From an uncultured Bifidobacteriaceae bacterium (GTDB lineage: Bacteria > Verrucomicrobiota > Verrucomicrobiia > Limisphaerales > UBA11358): a DNA stretch of 62,463 nt. The DNA is taken from NCBI GenBank assembly GCA_964437865.1, contig CAYTJG010000002.1:1-62463 (forward strand), read 5' to 3'. A program made the position numbers and the translations under genes. Positions 1 to 9,162 of the stretch are shown in pieces (position 1 is the stretch's first letter; the number at the start of each line of letters is the position of its first letter). The notes under the pieces were generated by a model, which saw nothing but the letters and a program-made list of their open reading frames with translations, did not search any database and was not told where the DNA came from.

Positions 1-7
1 GGCTGGC

Positions 8-45
8 AAACGAAAAGCCCTGTCTTCACAAGGAAAACAGGGCTT
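8..45 (-). terminator. Rho-independent terminator downstream of tRNA-Ala
   Basis: The stem AGCCCTGT (16-23) pairs with ACAGGGCT (38-45). On the minus strand it is followed by TTTTCGTTTG. Confidence 0.6.
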
Positions 46-60
46 TCAGACCGTTGAAGA

Positions 61-136
61 TGGTGGAGCCAAGGAGGCTCGAACTCCTGACCTTCTGAAT
101 GCCATTCAGACGCTCTACCAACTGAGCTATGACCCC
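61..136 (-). tRNA. tRNA-Ala, anticodon GGC, CCA encoded
   Basis: The reverse complement is GGGGTCATAGCTCAGTTGGTAGAGCGTCTGAATGGCATTCAGAAGGTCAGGAGTTCGAGCCTCCTTGGCTCCACCA. It folds as a cloverleaf with a 7-bp acceptor stem and the G3:U70 alanine identity pair. It has the T-loop GGTTCGAGCC, the anticodon loop AT-GGC-AT and discriminator A73. Confidence 0.93.
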
Positions 137-245
137 ATCAACGAAACGGTTCGTTAATTTAAATTTTTTACCGGGCAAGTCAATCCATTTTCTTTCATCG
201 GTGAAATGAATTGAACCGGCGGCCTAAAATCCCTAGCGTTTTCGT

Positions 246-1460
246 GTGTCAGCGCCATTTCGAATTGCATTCCTCACCCACGAACCGTTCTATCCGCCTT
301 CTGGCGGCGGGTCGGCCGAGGCGGTTTACCTGGTGGAGGAAATGGTACGGCGCGGCCATGCCGTCCGGGTCTTTGGCCCCCAAATTCCCGATGCCGAGGC
401 GGTGGAACGCAAATTTGGCGTGAAGCTGCAGCCGTTCGAAAAATGGGAAATGGGGCGCTACGCGAAGCTGCGCAACCTGAAATACGTGGTCTATCCCTTT
501 TTCCTGGAAAGATTGGTCGCCGCCGCCGGGGCAGGGCAATTCGACCTGATTTTTTCGCAGCACGCCATTTCCGCCGTGGCGGCCGGCCGGTTAAAAAAAC
601 GCCTCGGCGTGCCGGTGCTCATGAATTTTCCGGATCTGCTGACGGGGTTTATGGAAACCTGGCCGGCCTACGTCGTGCCGCCGCCGGTGGTTCAGGCTCT
701 CATGCGTTACGAAATCTCGCTGCCGGTCCGGCATGCGGCCGATGGCGTTTGTGCCATTTCGGATGAATTCGCCGCCCGGCTGGCCGCCCGGGGGTATCCA
801 CGCGATAAAATCTGCCCGATTTATTACGGTTACGATGCCCAGACGTTTCCGCTGCGGGCAGGGCCGCCGGCGGCCGGTCCGGCCGTGGTGGTGATGCACG
901 GTTCATTCGATGCCCATCATCTGGGTGCCATCGCCTTTGACGCCGTAAAATTGGTGACCGCCAAAAGGCCGGGAACGATCTTTCGCTTCGTTGGCCGTCG
1001 CACGCCCGGCCTGGAGAAGTTCCTGCGCCGCGCCCAAGCCATACCCGATTTCAGATTCGAAGCCGCCGGTTTCACGCCTTACGCGGAAGTCTCGAAGCAA
1101 CTGGCCAGCGCCACGGTGGGGATCGTGCCGTACGAGGAATCGGCGGGAACCCATTGTGCCTTCGTGGCCAAGATCGTCGAGTATGTGGCCACCGGCCTGC
1201 CGACGGTTTGCACGCCGCTCAAGAGCGTCCAGGGCTATTTCAAAGATGATCCGCTGGTCAAATTCTCCAGTTTCGATGGCGTCGATTTCGGCCAAAAACT
1301 GTTGGCCTGGCTGGACGCGCCGGTGGCCAGTTGGTTGCCCCGGGCGGAAGCGTCGTCGGCCCGGGTGCGGGCCGAGTTGGACTGGCGGCCGCTGTGTCGC
1401 AAGGCCGTTGATTTCGCGGAGCAGATCGTGAGCGGAACCCGAAGTCAGCCGAAATCCTAA
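246..1460 (+). CDS. Glycosyltransferase, GT4 / group 1 (GT-B fold)
   Basis: GTG start. The N-terminus RIAFLTHEPFYPPSGGGSAEAVYLVEEMVRRGHAVRVFGP is typical of GT4, and the C-terminal half has the pattern of the sugar-nucleotide binding domain (VPYEES..G....KIVEYVATGLP). Confidence 0.8.
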   Translation: MSAPFRIAFLTHEPFYPPSGGGSAEAVYLVEEMVRRGHAVRVFGPQIPDAEAVERKFGVKLQPFEKWEMGRYAKLRNLKYVVYPFFLERLVAAAGAGQFDLIFSQHAISAVAAGRLKKRLGVPVLMNFPDLLTGFMETWPAYVVPPPVVQALMRYEISLPVRHAADGVCAISDEFAARLAARGYPRDKICPIYYGYDAQTFPLRAGPPAAGPAVVVMHGSFDAHHLGAIAFDAVKLVTAKRPGTIFRFVGRRTPGLEKFLRRAQAIPDFRFEAAGFTPYAEVSKQLASATVGIVPYEESAGTHCAFVAKIVEYVATGLPTVCTPLKSVQGYFKDDPLVKFSSFDGVDFGQKLLAWLDAPVASWLPRAEASSARVRAELDWRPLCRKAVDFAEQIVSGTRSQPKS

Positions 1461-2302
1461 ACGGTCTGGCGCTGGCGGGCCGCTTCGTAAAGGAACACCG
1501 CGGCTGCGGCGGCCACATTGAGGGAGTCCACGCCGTTGGCCATGGGTACGGCCACGGCTTCGTCGCAGGCGGCGAGCACTCCGGGCGAAATGCCGTTGCC
1601 TTCGCTGCCAAAGACCAGGCAGCAATCGCCCCGCAGATCTGCCTGCGGGAGAAACTTCATTTCCGTGTGTGGATGGGCGGCCAGGCAACGCACGCCGGCG
1701 GCGCGCAATCGGCCCAGCGTGCCAGCCAGCGTCGGCCCGGATTCCCGGGGCCGGCCTTTCAGTTCCACGACGGGCAGCTTGAAGATGGCCCCCATGGAAT
1801 TGCGCACGGCCCGGCGTAGATAGGGGCTGCTGCTGGTTTCGCCTACAATCAGCGCCTGGGTGCCAAACGCCGCGCAGTTGCGCACCAGCAGACCGATGTT
1901 TTCCGCGCTGGTCAAGCCGTCCACCGCCGCCAATAGCTTGGGACCGGTGCGGTCGGCCAGCACCTGGTCCAGTGTGACCACGGCGGGAATCTTACCGATG
2001 GCCAGCACGCCCTGGAACATCTCGAAGCCTACGAGTGCCTCCAGCACGGATTTTTCGGTGACGGCAAAAACCGGAATCTCGCTCTCGGGGCGTGCCTGCA
2101 GGAGCGGCTCGAATTCCGCCAGGCGGCTCGCCGGCAGCAGGACCGAGCAGACGCCAAATGAGCTTTCCAAGAGCCGGCGCACCACCTTGTCGCCCTCGGC
2201 CACAAAAATCCCCTGGGCGGCGTGTTCAGTGGCGCGTCGCAGGGTGCGGTAGGGCGCCAGATCCGGCTGGTCCAGCGAGGCGATCGTTTGCACGCGGAGC
2301 AT
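1457..2302 (-). CDS. SpoU/TrmH-family RNA 2'-O-methyltransferase
   Basis: C-terminal SPOUT motifs are present: LVFGSEGNGISPGVL...VPMANGVDSLNVAAAAAVFLYE. I chose the internal ATG (MLRVQT). It overlaps the stop of the upstream MBL gene as TAATG, and the longer 322-aa ORF has an Arg/His/Cys-rich N-terminus that does not look native. Confidence 0.8.
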   Translation of the reverse strand: MLRVQTIASLDQPDLAPYRTLRRATEHAAQGIFVAEGDKVVRRLLESSFGVCSVLLPASRLAEFEPLLQARPESEIPVFAVTEKSVLEALVGFEMFQGVLAIGKIPAVVTLDQVLADRTGPKLLAAVDGLTSAENIGLLVRNCAAFGTQALIVGETSSSPYLRRAVRNSMGAIFKLPVVELKGRPRESGPTLAGTLGRLRAAGVRCLAAHPHTEMKFLPQADLRGDCCLVFGSEGNGISPGVLAACDEAVAVPMANGVDSLNVAAAAAVFLYEAARQRQTV

Positions 2303-3141
2303 TAGGTCAGCTCCGAGGTTGGGCCGGGTACATCCTGTGCCGCAATGTGCAGTTGCACATGCGTGGCGCCGATTTGAAAAAGCTGCTCGGCCATGACGTG
2401 TTCCGCCAGTTGGGGCGTGTTGCATTCGCGGCTCAAATGGGCCAGGAAAAGCTGCCGCAAGTTGGCGGACATGATTTGCGCCACCGTGTCGGCGGCGGTC
2501 ACGTTGGAAAGATGTCCGTGCCGGCCCAGAATGCGCTGTTTCAACGCCCAGGAACGACGTTTGTTCTCCTGCAGCATCTTAACATCGTGGTTGGACTCCA
2601 GCACCAGTACCTGGGCGGCGCGGATGCGTTCCAGCACCAGCTTGGTGGGATGGCCCAAGTCGGTCGCCACCCCGACGTTGCCGGACGGCGTGTGCAGAAC
2701 GTAGCCGACCGGATCCTGGGCATCGTGCGGGATCGAGAACGTCTCGATGCTCACGTCGCCCACGTCCACCGTGGCGCCGGTTTCGAAAAGACGCCAGTCG
2801 ATTCGGGACTTGAAGGTGTCGGAGTTTTCCAGCGCCTGGTTGGTCTTCTTGCTCCACTTTTCCTTGAACGCCCAGATGGTGCCGTCCTGGGTGCCGCGGT
2901 TGCAATAAACGGGGATATGGTATTTGTCCGCCAGGCCCAGCAGACCGGAAATGTGATCGGAATGCTCGTGGGTCAACAGGATGGCGGAAAGGTTCTCCGG
3001 CGCCTTGCCCAGGCTGGCCAGGCGCAAGCGGATCTGCCGGGTGGAAAACCCGGCATCCACGAGAATGCGCGCCTCGTCGGTTTCCAGGTAGGCGCAATTG
3101 CCTGCCGAACCGCTGCCGAGAATGGTAAACTTTACGGACAC
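2302..3141 (-). CDS. MBL-fold metallo-hydrolase
   Basis: The N-terminus is ILGSGSAGNCAYLE..ILVDAG and the HxHxDH motif is present as THEHSDHISGL. The length of 279 aa fits. Confidence 0.8.
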   Translation of the reverse strand: MSVKFTILGSGSAGNCAYLETDEARILVDAGFSTRQIRLRLASLGKAPENLSAILLTHEHSDHISGLLGLADKYHIPVYCNRGTQDGTIWAFKEKWSKKTNQALENSDTFKSRIDWRLFETGATVDVGDVSIETFSIPHDAQDPVGYVLHTPSGNVGVATDLGHPTKLVLERIRAAQVLVLESNHDVKMLQENKRRSWALKQRILGRHGHLSNVTAADTVAQIMSANLRQLFLAHLSRECNTPQLAEHVMAEQLFQIGATHVQLHIAAQDVPGPTSELT

Positions 3142-3315
3142 GACACGAAGTTAGTGGGCCGGGCGGCCGCGGGCAAATTTTTTCATGCGAAGTCGCGGCC
3201 ACCCGCCGTGCCGGCCGGCCGACAGTTTCCGCGGCTAATTCTTCGGAATGATCAAGAATTTCAAAAAAGCTGGTAACCGCGAGTGGAATCGGCCAGTCTG
3301 TTCTATAATACCTCC

Positions 3316-4641
3316 ATGAAAACCACCCACTCCTTCTCGCGCCGAAACTTCATCAAATTGGCCGCCGTTGCCGGCACTGCACCGCTGGTCTTGCGTTCCG
3401 GCGTCTGGGCGGCTGACGGCGCGCCCTCGCGGCAATTTACGCTGGGGTTCATCGGCGTGGGCAAACAAGGCGATGGTCTGCTGCATGGCTGCCTGCCCCG
3501 CAACGATGTGAAGGTGCTGGCCGTGAGCGATGTGGATACCACCCGGCGTGAAGCCGCCCGCAAGGCGGTGGATGAGCATTATGCCGACGAGGCCAAAAGC
3601 GGCGCGTACAAGGGCTGCGCCGCCTACGCGGACTTCCGCGAATTGCTCGCGCGGCCGGATATCGATGCGGTGGTGATTGCCACGCCGGATCACTGGCATG
3701 CGCTGGTGGCCATTGCGGCCGCCCAAGCCGGCAAGGATATATATTGCGAGAAGCCCATGGCGCATACGGTGCTGGAAGGCCGGGCCATGGTGCAAGCGGT
3801 GCGCAAGCACAAGCGGGTCTTTCAAACCGGCAGCATGCAGCGCTCCATGGGCGAATTCCGGGCCGCCTGCGAACTCGTCCGCAACGGCGTGCTGGGCACA
3901 GTCGGCCGGGTGGAGGTCTCCGTCAGCGGCCCGCCGGTCTTTTGCGACCTGCCGGCGGAAGCAGACGAGCCCGGCTTGGATTGGAGTTTCTGGCTCGGGC
4001 CGGCCCCCATGCGGCCCTATAACTCCGTACTCAGCCCGCGCGGCATGCCCCAGGGATTTCCCGACTGGCGCCGCTACCGTGAATATGCCGGCGGCGGCGT
4101 TTGCGACTGGGGTGCGCACCATTTTGACATCGTACAGTGGGCCTTCGGCTACGACGACAGCGGCCCGGTGGAGTTCTTCCCCGCGGAAAAACCCAATGCG
4201 CAGTCAGGGGTGCGCTGGCATTATGCCAACGGTACGGAGGTGATTCATCACCCTGGCAACGGCATCACCTTTTATGGCGACAAGGGCAAGATTGAGGTTA
4301 ATCGCGGCCAATTCAAGCTCTGGCTGGGCGACCAGTTGAAATCGGACGCCATGGACGATTACTCGCCGCTGCTCAAGGAATTGCTGCCTGCCAACGCCGT
4401 GCGGCTTTACCACAGCACCAACCAGCTTAGCGACTGGATCAAGTGCATGGCGTCCCGTCAGCAACCCATCTGCGACGTGGAAATCGGCCAGCGCTCCGCG
4501 ACCGTTTGCAACCTGGTCAACGCTGTCTATTTCAGCGGCCGCGGATTCAAATGGAATCCGCTTAAGGAGAAGTTTGCCGATGGCACGGGCGACCCGTCCT
4601 TCCTCACCCGGGAATATCGCGCGCCTTGGAAACTGGTCTGA
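3316..4641 (+). CDS. Gfo/Idh/MocA-family oxidoreductase with a Tat signal
   Basis: It has a twin-arginine signal (SRRNFIKLAAVAGTAPLV), a Rossmann segment (FIGVGKQG) and the EKP motif (IYCEKPMAHT). The start is placed at the internal Met (MKTTHS), and 3283 is also possible. Confidence 0.8.
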   Translation: MKTTHSFSRRNFIKLAAVAGTAPLVLRSGVWAADGAPSRQFTLGFIGVGKQGDGLLHGCLPRNDVKVLAVSDVDTTRREAARKAVDEHYADEAKSGAYKGCAAYADFRELLARPDIDAVVIATPDHWHALVAIAAAQAGKDIYCEKPMAHTVLEGRAMVQAVRKHKRVFQTGSMQRSMGEFRAACELVRNGVLGTVGRVEVSVSGPPVFCDLPAEADEPGLDWSFWLGPAPMRPYNSVLSPRGMPQGFPDWRRYREYAGGGVCDWGAHHFDIVQWAFGYDDSGPVEFFPAEKPNAQSGVRWHYANGTEVIHHPGNGITFYGDKGKIEVNRGQFKLWLGDQLKSDAMDDYSPLLKELLPANAVRLYHSTNQLSDWIKCMASRQQPICDVEIGQRSATVCNLVNAVYFSGRGFKWNPLKEKFADGTGDPSFLTREYRAPWKLV

Positions 4642-4684
4642 AATAGGTTTTGTCTTTCCCTCGGGTTCCGGCCAAAGTTGACGC

Positions 4685-7012
4685 ATGAACGTCAGCTTGT
4701 CCTTCGCGTGCTGTTTCGTGGCCGCGGTTGCCGTCGCGGCCGATTCTTCCGACCTTTACCATCCGGGCTGGATTGATTTCAACAAGGACGGCAAACGAAA
4801 TGTCTACGAAGACCCCGCCCAACCGGTGAACCGGCGGGTCGATGACTTGTTGCGGCGCATGACCGTGGCGGAAGAGGTTGGCCAACTCTGGCAAGTGGAT
4901 TTGCCTCACACGCTGGACGCCGCGGCGCTCGGGCGTCTGCGCCGGGGTGAGGTGGGCTCCTATTTGGGCAGCGACGCCACCCTGGAATCGCCCCTGCTGC
5001 GCAATCAACTCCAACACGTGGCGGTGGAGCAAAGCCGGCTCGGCATCCCGCTGATTCTCGGGCACGATGTCATTCACGGTTTTCGGACGGTGTTTCCCAT
5101 TCCCTTGGCGCAGGCCTGCGCTTGGGAACCGGCCTTGTTCGAGCAAACCGGCACCATCGCCGCCCGGGAGGCGGCGGCGGCGGGCATCGATTGGACCTTT
5201 GCCCCCATGGTGGATCTGGCCCGCGACCCGCGCTGGGGCCGCATCGCCGAAGGGTTCGGCGAGGATCCCTGGCTGGGCGAGTTGGATGCCGCCGCCTCGG
5301 TGCGTGGCTTCCAGGGCACGAACGTCCGGGCCGCGGATCGCGTGTTGGCTTGCGTGAAACACTATGTTGGTTACGGCGCGGCCGAAGGCGGGCGCGATTA
5401 CAACACCACTGAGATCTCCGAATTCACGCTGCGGAATTTCTATCTCCCGCAGTTCCAGGCGGCGGCGAATGCCGGGGCACTCACCTTCATGAGCGCCTTC
5501 AACTGCCTTTCCGGATTTCCCGCCAGCGCCCATCGGCATGTGCTCTCGGATATTTTGCGCGATGAATGGAAATTTCCCGGTTTCGTGGTGAGCGACTTCG
5601 AGGCCGTCGGTGAGTTGATGGATCATGGCGTGGCGGCCAGTGAGGCGGACGCTGCCCGGCTGGCGCTGACCGCGGGCGTGGATATGGAGATGGTTTCCCA
5701 CACTTACCATGACACCCTGAAACAACAGGTGGAGCAGGGGAAAGTCTCGCGGGCGGTCCTCAACGAGGCCGTGCGGCGCGTGCTCACCGTCAAATTCCAG
5801 AAAGGCCTTTTTGACCATCCCTACGCCGACGAGTCGCTTTTCGCCAATGCCTACCTGCGGCCGGATGCCTTGGCTTTGTCGCGGGCGGCGGCGGCCAAGT
5901 GCTGTGTGCTGCTCAAGAATGAAAACCATGTGTTGCCGCTGGTGCCGGGTGTGAAGAAAATCGCGCTCCTCGGCCCGCTGGCGGACGCGGCGCAGGAAAT
6001 GGTGGGGCCGTGGCATTCGCGCGCGCATGCCAGCGAACTCATGTCGCTGGCGGCCGCCCTGCGCCTGGAGGTCGGGGCGGATACGGCCATTACCCTGGCC
6101 CGCGGCTGCGCCCTGGTCGAGCCCGGCGTCAACAAGGTTCCGCTCAATATCACGGACTTTTCGCCGCTGAACGAAAGTGCCACCACCGCCAATGAGCTGG
6201 CCGCGGCGGTGGCCCAAGCCCGGGCGGCCGACGTGGTGGTGCTCGCCTTGGGGGAACCGCTGGACTGGAGTGGTGAGGACGGCAGCCGCAGTGAACTCGG
6301 CCTGCCGGGAGCGCAGCAGCAATTGTTTGATGCCGTGGTGGCCACCGGCAAACCCGTGGTGGCGGTGCTGTTCAACGGCCGGCCGCTGGCCATTCCCCAA
6401 ATCAATGAGCAAGCCGCCGCTATCCTCGAAGCGTGGTTCCCCGGCACGCAGGGCGCCAACGGCGTGGCCGACGTGCTGTTGGGCCGGGCCGAGCCGGCGG
6501 GACGTTTGACCGTGACCTTCCCGCGTAGCGTGGGTCAGGTGCCTTTCTACTACAATCACTATAACACCGGCCGGCCCGGCTTTGGTCCCTACAAGGGCAA
6601 CTACGTGGACATCGCCACCACGCCGCTGTATCCGTTCGGTTTCGGCCTGGCCTACACCACGTTCGATTTCGGGCCGGTGCAGTTGGCGACCAATGTAGTT
6701 TCCCTGCGGGGAAAACTGCAGGCGCAGGCGACCATTAAAAACACCGGCGAACGCGCCGGCACCGCGGTGGTGGAATTGTACGTGCGCGCCTTGGCGGCCA
6801 ACGCCGGCCCGCGGCCGGTGCGGGAATTGAAGGGGTTTCAGAAGGTTCAGTTGGCGCCTGGTGAAGTGCGCAAAGTCAGCTTTGAACTGTCCGCCCATGA
6901 CCTGGGATATTACGACTCGGCCGGCCACTGGCTGGTGGAGTCCGGTCAATATCAGGTCTGGCTCAGTCCGGATTCCGCCACCGGCGAACCGGTCGCCTTT
7001 GAGTTAAAATAG
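4685..7012 (+). CDS. Glycoside hydrolase family 3 beta-glucosidase-like enzyme
   Basis: It has a signal peptide, GH3 motifs (GHDVIHGFRTVFPIPLAQACAWEP, KHYVGYGAAEGGRDYN, the nucleophile region GFVVSDFEAV) and a C-terminal Fn3-like domain. Confidence 0.9.
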   Translation: MNVSLSFACCFVAAVAVAADSSDLYHPGWIDFNKDGKRNVYEDPAQPVNRRVDDLLRRMTVAEEVGQLWQVDLPHTLDAAALGRLRRGEVGSYLGSDATLESPLLRNQLQHVAVEQSRLGIPLILGHDVIHGFRTVFPIPLAQACAWEPALFEQTGTIAAREAAAAGIDWTFAPMVDLARDPRWGRIAEGFGEDPWLGELDAAASVRGFQGTNVRAADRVLACVKHYVGYGAAEGGRDYNTTEISEFTLRNFYLPQFQAAANAGALTFMSAFNCLSGFPASAHRHVLSDILRDEWKFPGFVVSDFEAVGELMDHGVAASEADAARLALTAGVDMEMVSHTYHDTLKQQVEQGKVSRAVLNEAVRRVLTVKFQKGLFDHPYADESLFANAYLRPDALALSRAAAAKCCVLLKNENHVLPLVPGVKKIALLGPLADAAQEMVGPWHSRAHASELMSLAAALRLEVGADTAITLARGCALVEPGVNKVPLNITDFSPLNESATTANELAAAVAQARAADVVVLALGEPLDWSGEDGSRSELGLPGAQQQLFDAVVATGKPVVAVLFNGRPLAIPQINEQAAAILEAWFPGTQGANGVADVLLGRAEPAGRLTVTFPRSVGQVPFYYNHYNTGRPGFGPYKGNYVDIATTPLYPFGFGLAYTTFDFGPVQLATNVVSLRGKLQAQATIKNTGERAGTAVVELYVRALAANAGPRPVRELKGFQKVQLAPGEVRKVSFELSAHDLGYYDSAGHWLVESGQYQVWLSPDSATGEPVAFELK

Positions 7013-7243
7013 CCATGGTGTCGGGCCAGCCTCGGCCCTCAGCGGCCCCCGGCTACATGGGAGCCGCGGCCGGGAGGGAAGAAACGAAAAGTATCACTTG
7101 TCGAGGAGTGCCCCTTGCACGAAAATGAAATACCAATTTCCCAGGAGCGGTTTCGGTGCCAGACTGCAAACGCGAGACTCGTCCCAGGCAAAACCTGAAT
7201 TGTGCTTTCCAGAAATGCAACCATCGGTTGCGCCTCTCGTCGT

Positions 7244-9106
7244 ATGAAAAATCACCTTAAACCTATTGTTGCGTCAGCCCTGGTCGCCGCCGCGATTGCC
7301 GTCTGCGCCCAAGACTCCACCACCCATATCACCATCCGGGCCGAATCGCTGGTGACCGGACGCATCGAGCCGACCTTGTTTGGCAACTTCATGGAGTTAT
7401 TGGATGACGTTGCTCCGGGTTCGTGGGCCGAGTTGTTGAACGACCGCTCCTTTGCCGGGGTCGTCCCGGCAGCGGATTGGGTGTATTACGATGGCTCCCT
7501 GGATATTTGCGATCGGCAATGGGACACCAATGCCACTTGGAGCTACGACATGGACAACCCTTTCAATGGGACACGTTGTGCCAAACTGACCGCCGGTGTC
7601 GACCCCGGCAGCCTGACCCAGTCAGGCCTCTCCGTGCGCAAAGCCATGGATTACAATTTTTCGACCTATATCCGGGGAGACAAAGACTTGAAAGTGACTG
7701 CTTTGTTAAAATGCCTCCTGCCGGACGGACGATGGTTCAAATTGGCTTCGGCAGAACTCCCGTCGCCGCCACCGCAATGGGGAAAATGCGCGGTCAAAAT
7801 GACCGCCATCGGCCAGACCGATCACGCCGTCTTTGAATTGCGTGCCGAGGGCCAAGGACACATTTGGGTCAACAAACTTTCTCTGATGCCCGCCGATAAT
7901 CAAAACGGCTGGCGGGCTGATGTCGTGGCGGCGATAAAAGAAATCCGTCCGGGCATCCTCCGTTGGGGCGGCTCAGCCGTGGACCCGGGCGGCTACCGCT
8001 GGAAAAATGGCATTGGCGACCGCGACCGGCGCACGCCCTGGCCTAACCAAAACTGGGGCCGAATCGATTCCAATGATGTCGGCATAGGCGAGTTCTGCCA
8101 ATTCTGCGAACTCATCGCTGCCGAACCGCTGATCTGCGTGAGTTTTTCCGACGGCGCAGCCAGCGCCCATGACTTGGTAGAGTATTGTAATGGCGGCGCG
8201 GACACCCCTTGGGGCGCCCGGCGAGCAGCCAATGGTCATCCGGCACCGTATCATGTCAGATTTTGGGAAGTGGGCAACGAAATCAATGGTGATGACTCCA
8301 ATTATCTGGATCAGTTTCCCGCCTTCATTGCGGCGATCCGCGCCGCCGCTCCGGGAGCGTCCATCCTCACCTCCTATCCCTCGCAAAAGCTGCTGGACCG
8401 GGTGGGACGCGACATTGATTTTGTCTGCCCGCACCACTACACAACCGATCTGGAGGCGTGTGGCTCGGAATTGGCTCGCATCGGGGAGATGATTGACCGC
8501 ACTCCCGGCTGCTCCCATATCAAGATCGCCGTGACGGAATGGAACATTGACGCCGGTGCGTGGGGGTTGGGACGGGCACGCCAATCCACTCTGCTTGCGG
8601 GTTTGGAAAATGCCCGCTATATGAACCTCCTGATGCGCCACTCGGACAAAATCAAGATCGCCAACCGCTCCAACTTGGCCAATAGTTATTGCGGCGCGAC
8701 CATTCTCACCGCCGCCTCCGGCACCGGCGTGCTGCGCCAGCCCAGTCACTATGTCATGAAACTCTACTCCCTCCACGCCAAACCCATTCCCCTATCGGTG
8801 CAAGGGAATAACAGCCGGCTGGACCTTTTCGCCTGCGGTTCGGACGACAAAAAATCAGTCGTCGTTTTCGCCGTCAATCCGACGGGTGACGCAGTGCAAT
8901 TAGTTCCGGATTTTATCGGTTTTGTTCCGCCCCTCCACTTGGTCCGAGCTGAAGCAGTTAGCGACATTTTGAACCGCCGGCAGCCCGATGTGGAGAATCA
9001 TTGGCAGGAACCGGAGCGTGTTAAGATCACTAGTCTGCCGGCGCGGGGCGGCTTGGTGGAACTGCCGCCTCTTTCCGTCACCGCGCTCGATTGCGCCATC
9101 GATTAA
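7244..9106 (+). CDS. GH51-like alpha-L-arabinofuranosidase-type hydrolase with an N-terminal CBM-like region
   Basis: It has a signal peptide (MKNHLKPIVASALVAAAIAVCAQ), a candidate acid/base motif (WEVGNEINGD) and a candidate nucleophile (AVTEWNIDAG), in a TIM-barrel plus C-terminal beta-domain layout. The family call comes from motif memory only. Confidence 0.6.
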   Translation: MKNHLKPIVASALVAAAIAVCAQDSTTHITIRAESLVTGRIEPTLFGNFMELLDDVAPGSWAELLNDRSFAGVVPAADWVYYDGSLDICDRQWDTNATWSYDMDNPFNGTRCAKLTAGVDPGSLTQSGLSVRKAMDYNFSTYIRGDKDLKVTALLKCLLPDGRWFKLASAELPSPPPQWGKCAVKMTAIGQTDHAVFELRAEGQGHIWVNKLSLMPADNQNGWRADVVAAIKEIRPGILRWGGSAVDPGGYRWKNGIGDRDRRTPWPNQNWGRIDSNDVGIGEFCQFCELIAAEPLICVSFSDGAASAHDLVEYCNGGADTPWGARRAANGHPAPYHVRFWEVGNEINGDDSNYLDQFPAFIAAIRAAAPGASILTSYPSQKLLDRVGRDIDFVCPHHYTTDLEACGSELARIGEMIDRTPGCSHIKIAVTEWNIDAGAWGLGRARQSTLLAGLENARYMNLLMRHSDKIKIANRSNLANSYCGATILTAASGTGVLRQPSHYVMKLYSLHAKPIPLSVQGNNSRLDLFACGSDDKKSVVVFAVNPTGDAVQLVPDFIGFVPPLHLVRAEAVSDILNRRQPDVENHWQEPERVKITSLPARGGLVELPPLSVTALDCAID

Positions 9107-9162
9107 ATGCTCATTTTCCAATCCCCAGATTGGCAAATTTACCATGGCGTCTGACCCCTCAC

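Noticed and set aside
1-1460. A possible genomic island or integration site at tRNA-Ala.
   Set aside because: There is no integrase, no direct repeat of the tRNA 3' end and no compositional break. The neighbouring genes are ordinary housekeeping types.
4604-6949. A 781-aa minus-strand ORF antisense to the GH3 gene. The same pattern appears at 20373..23390 (1005 aa, antisense to the RND and MFP genes) and at 46155..48434 (759 aa, antisense to thiC).
   Set aside because: These are Arg/Gly/His/Pro-rich, low-complexity translations with no recognisable motifs. They lie exactly opposite genes with strong family signatures. Long stop-free antisense frames are expected in GC-rich DNA.
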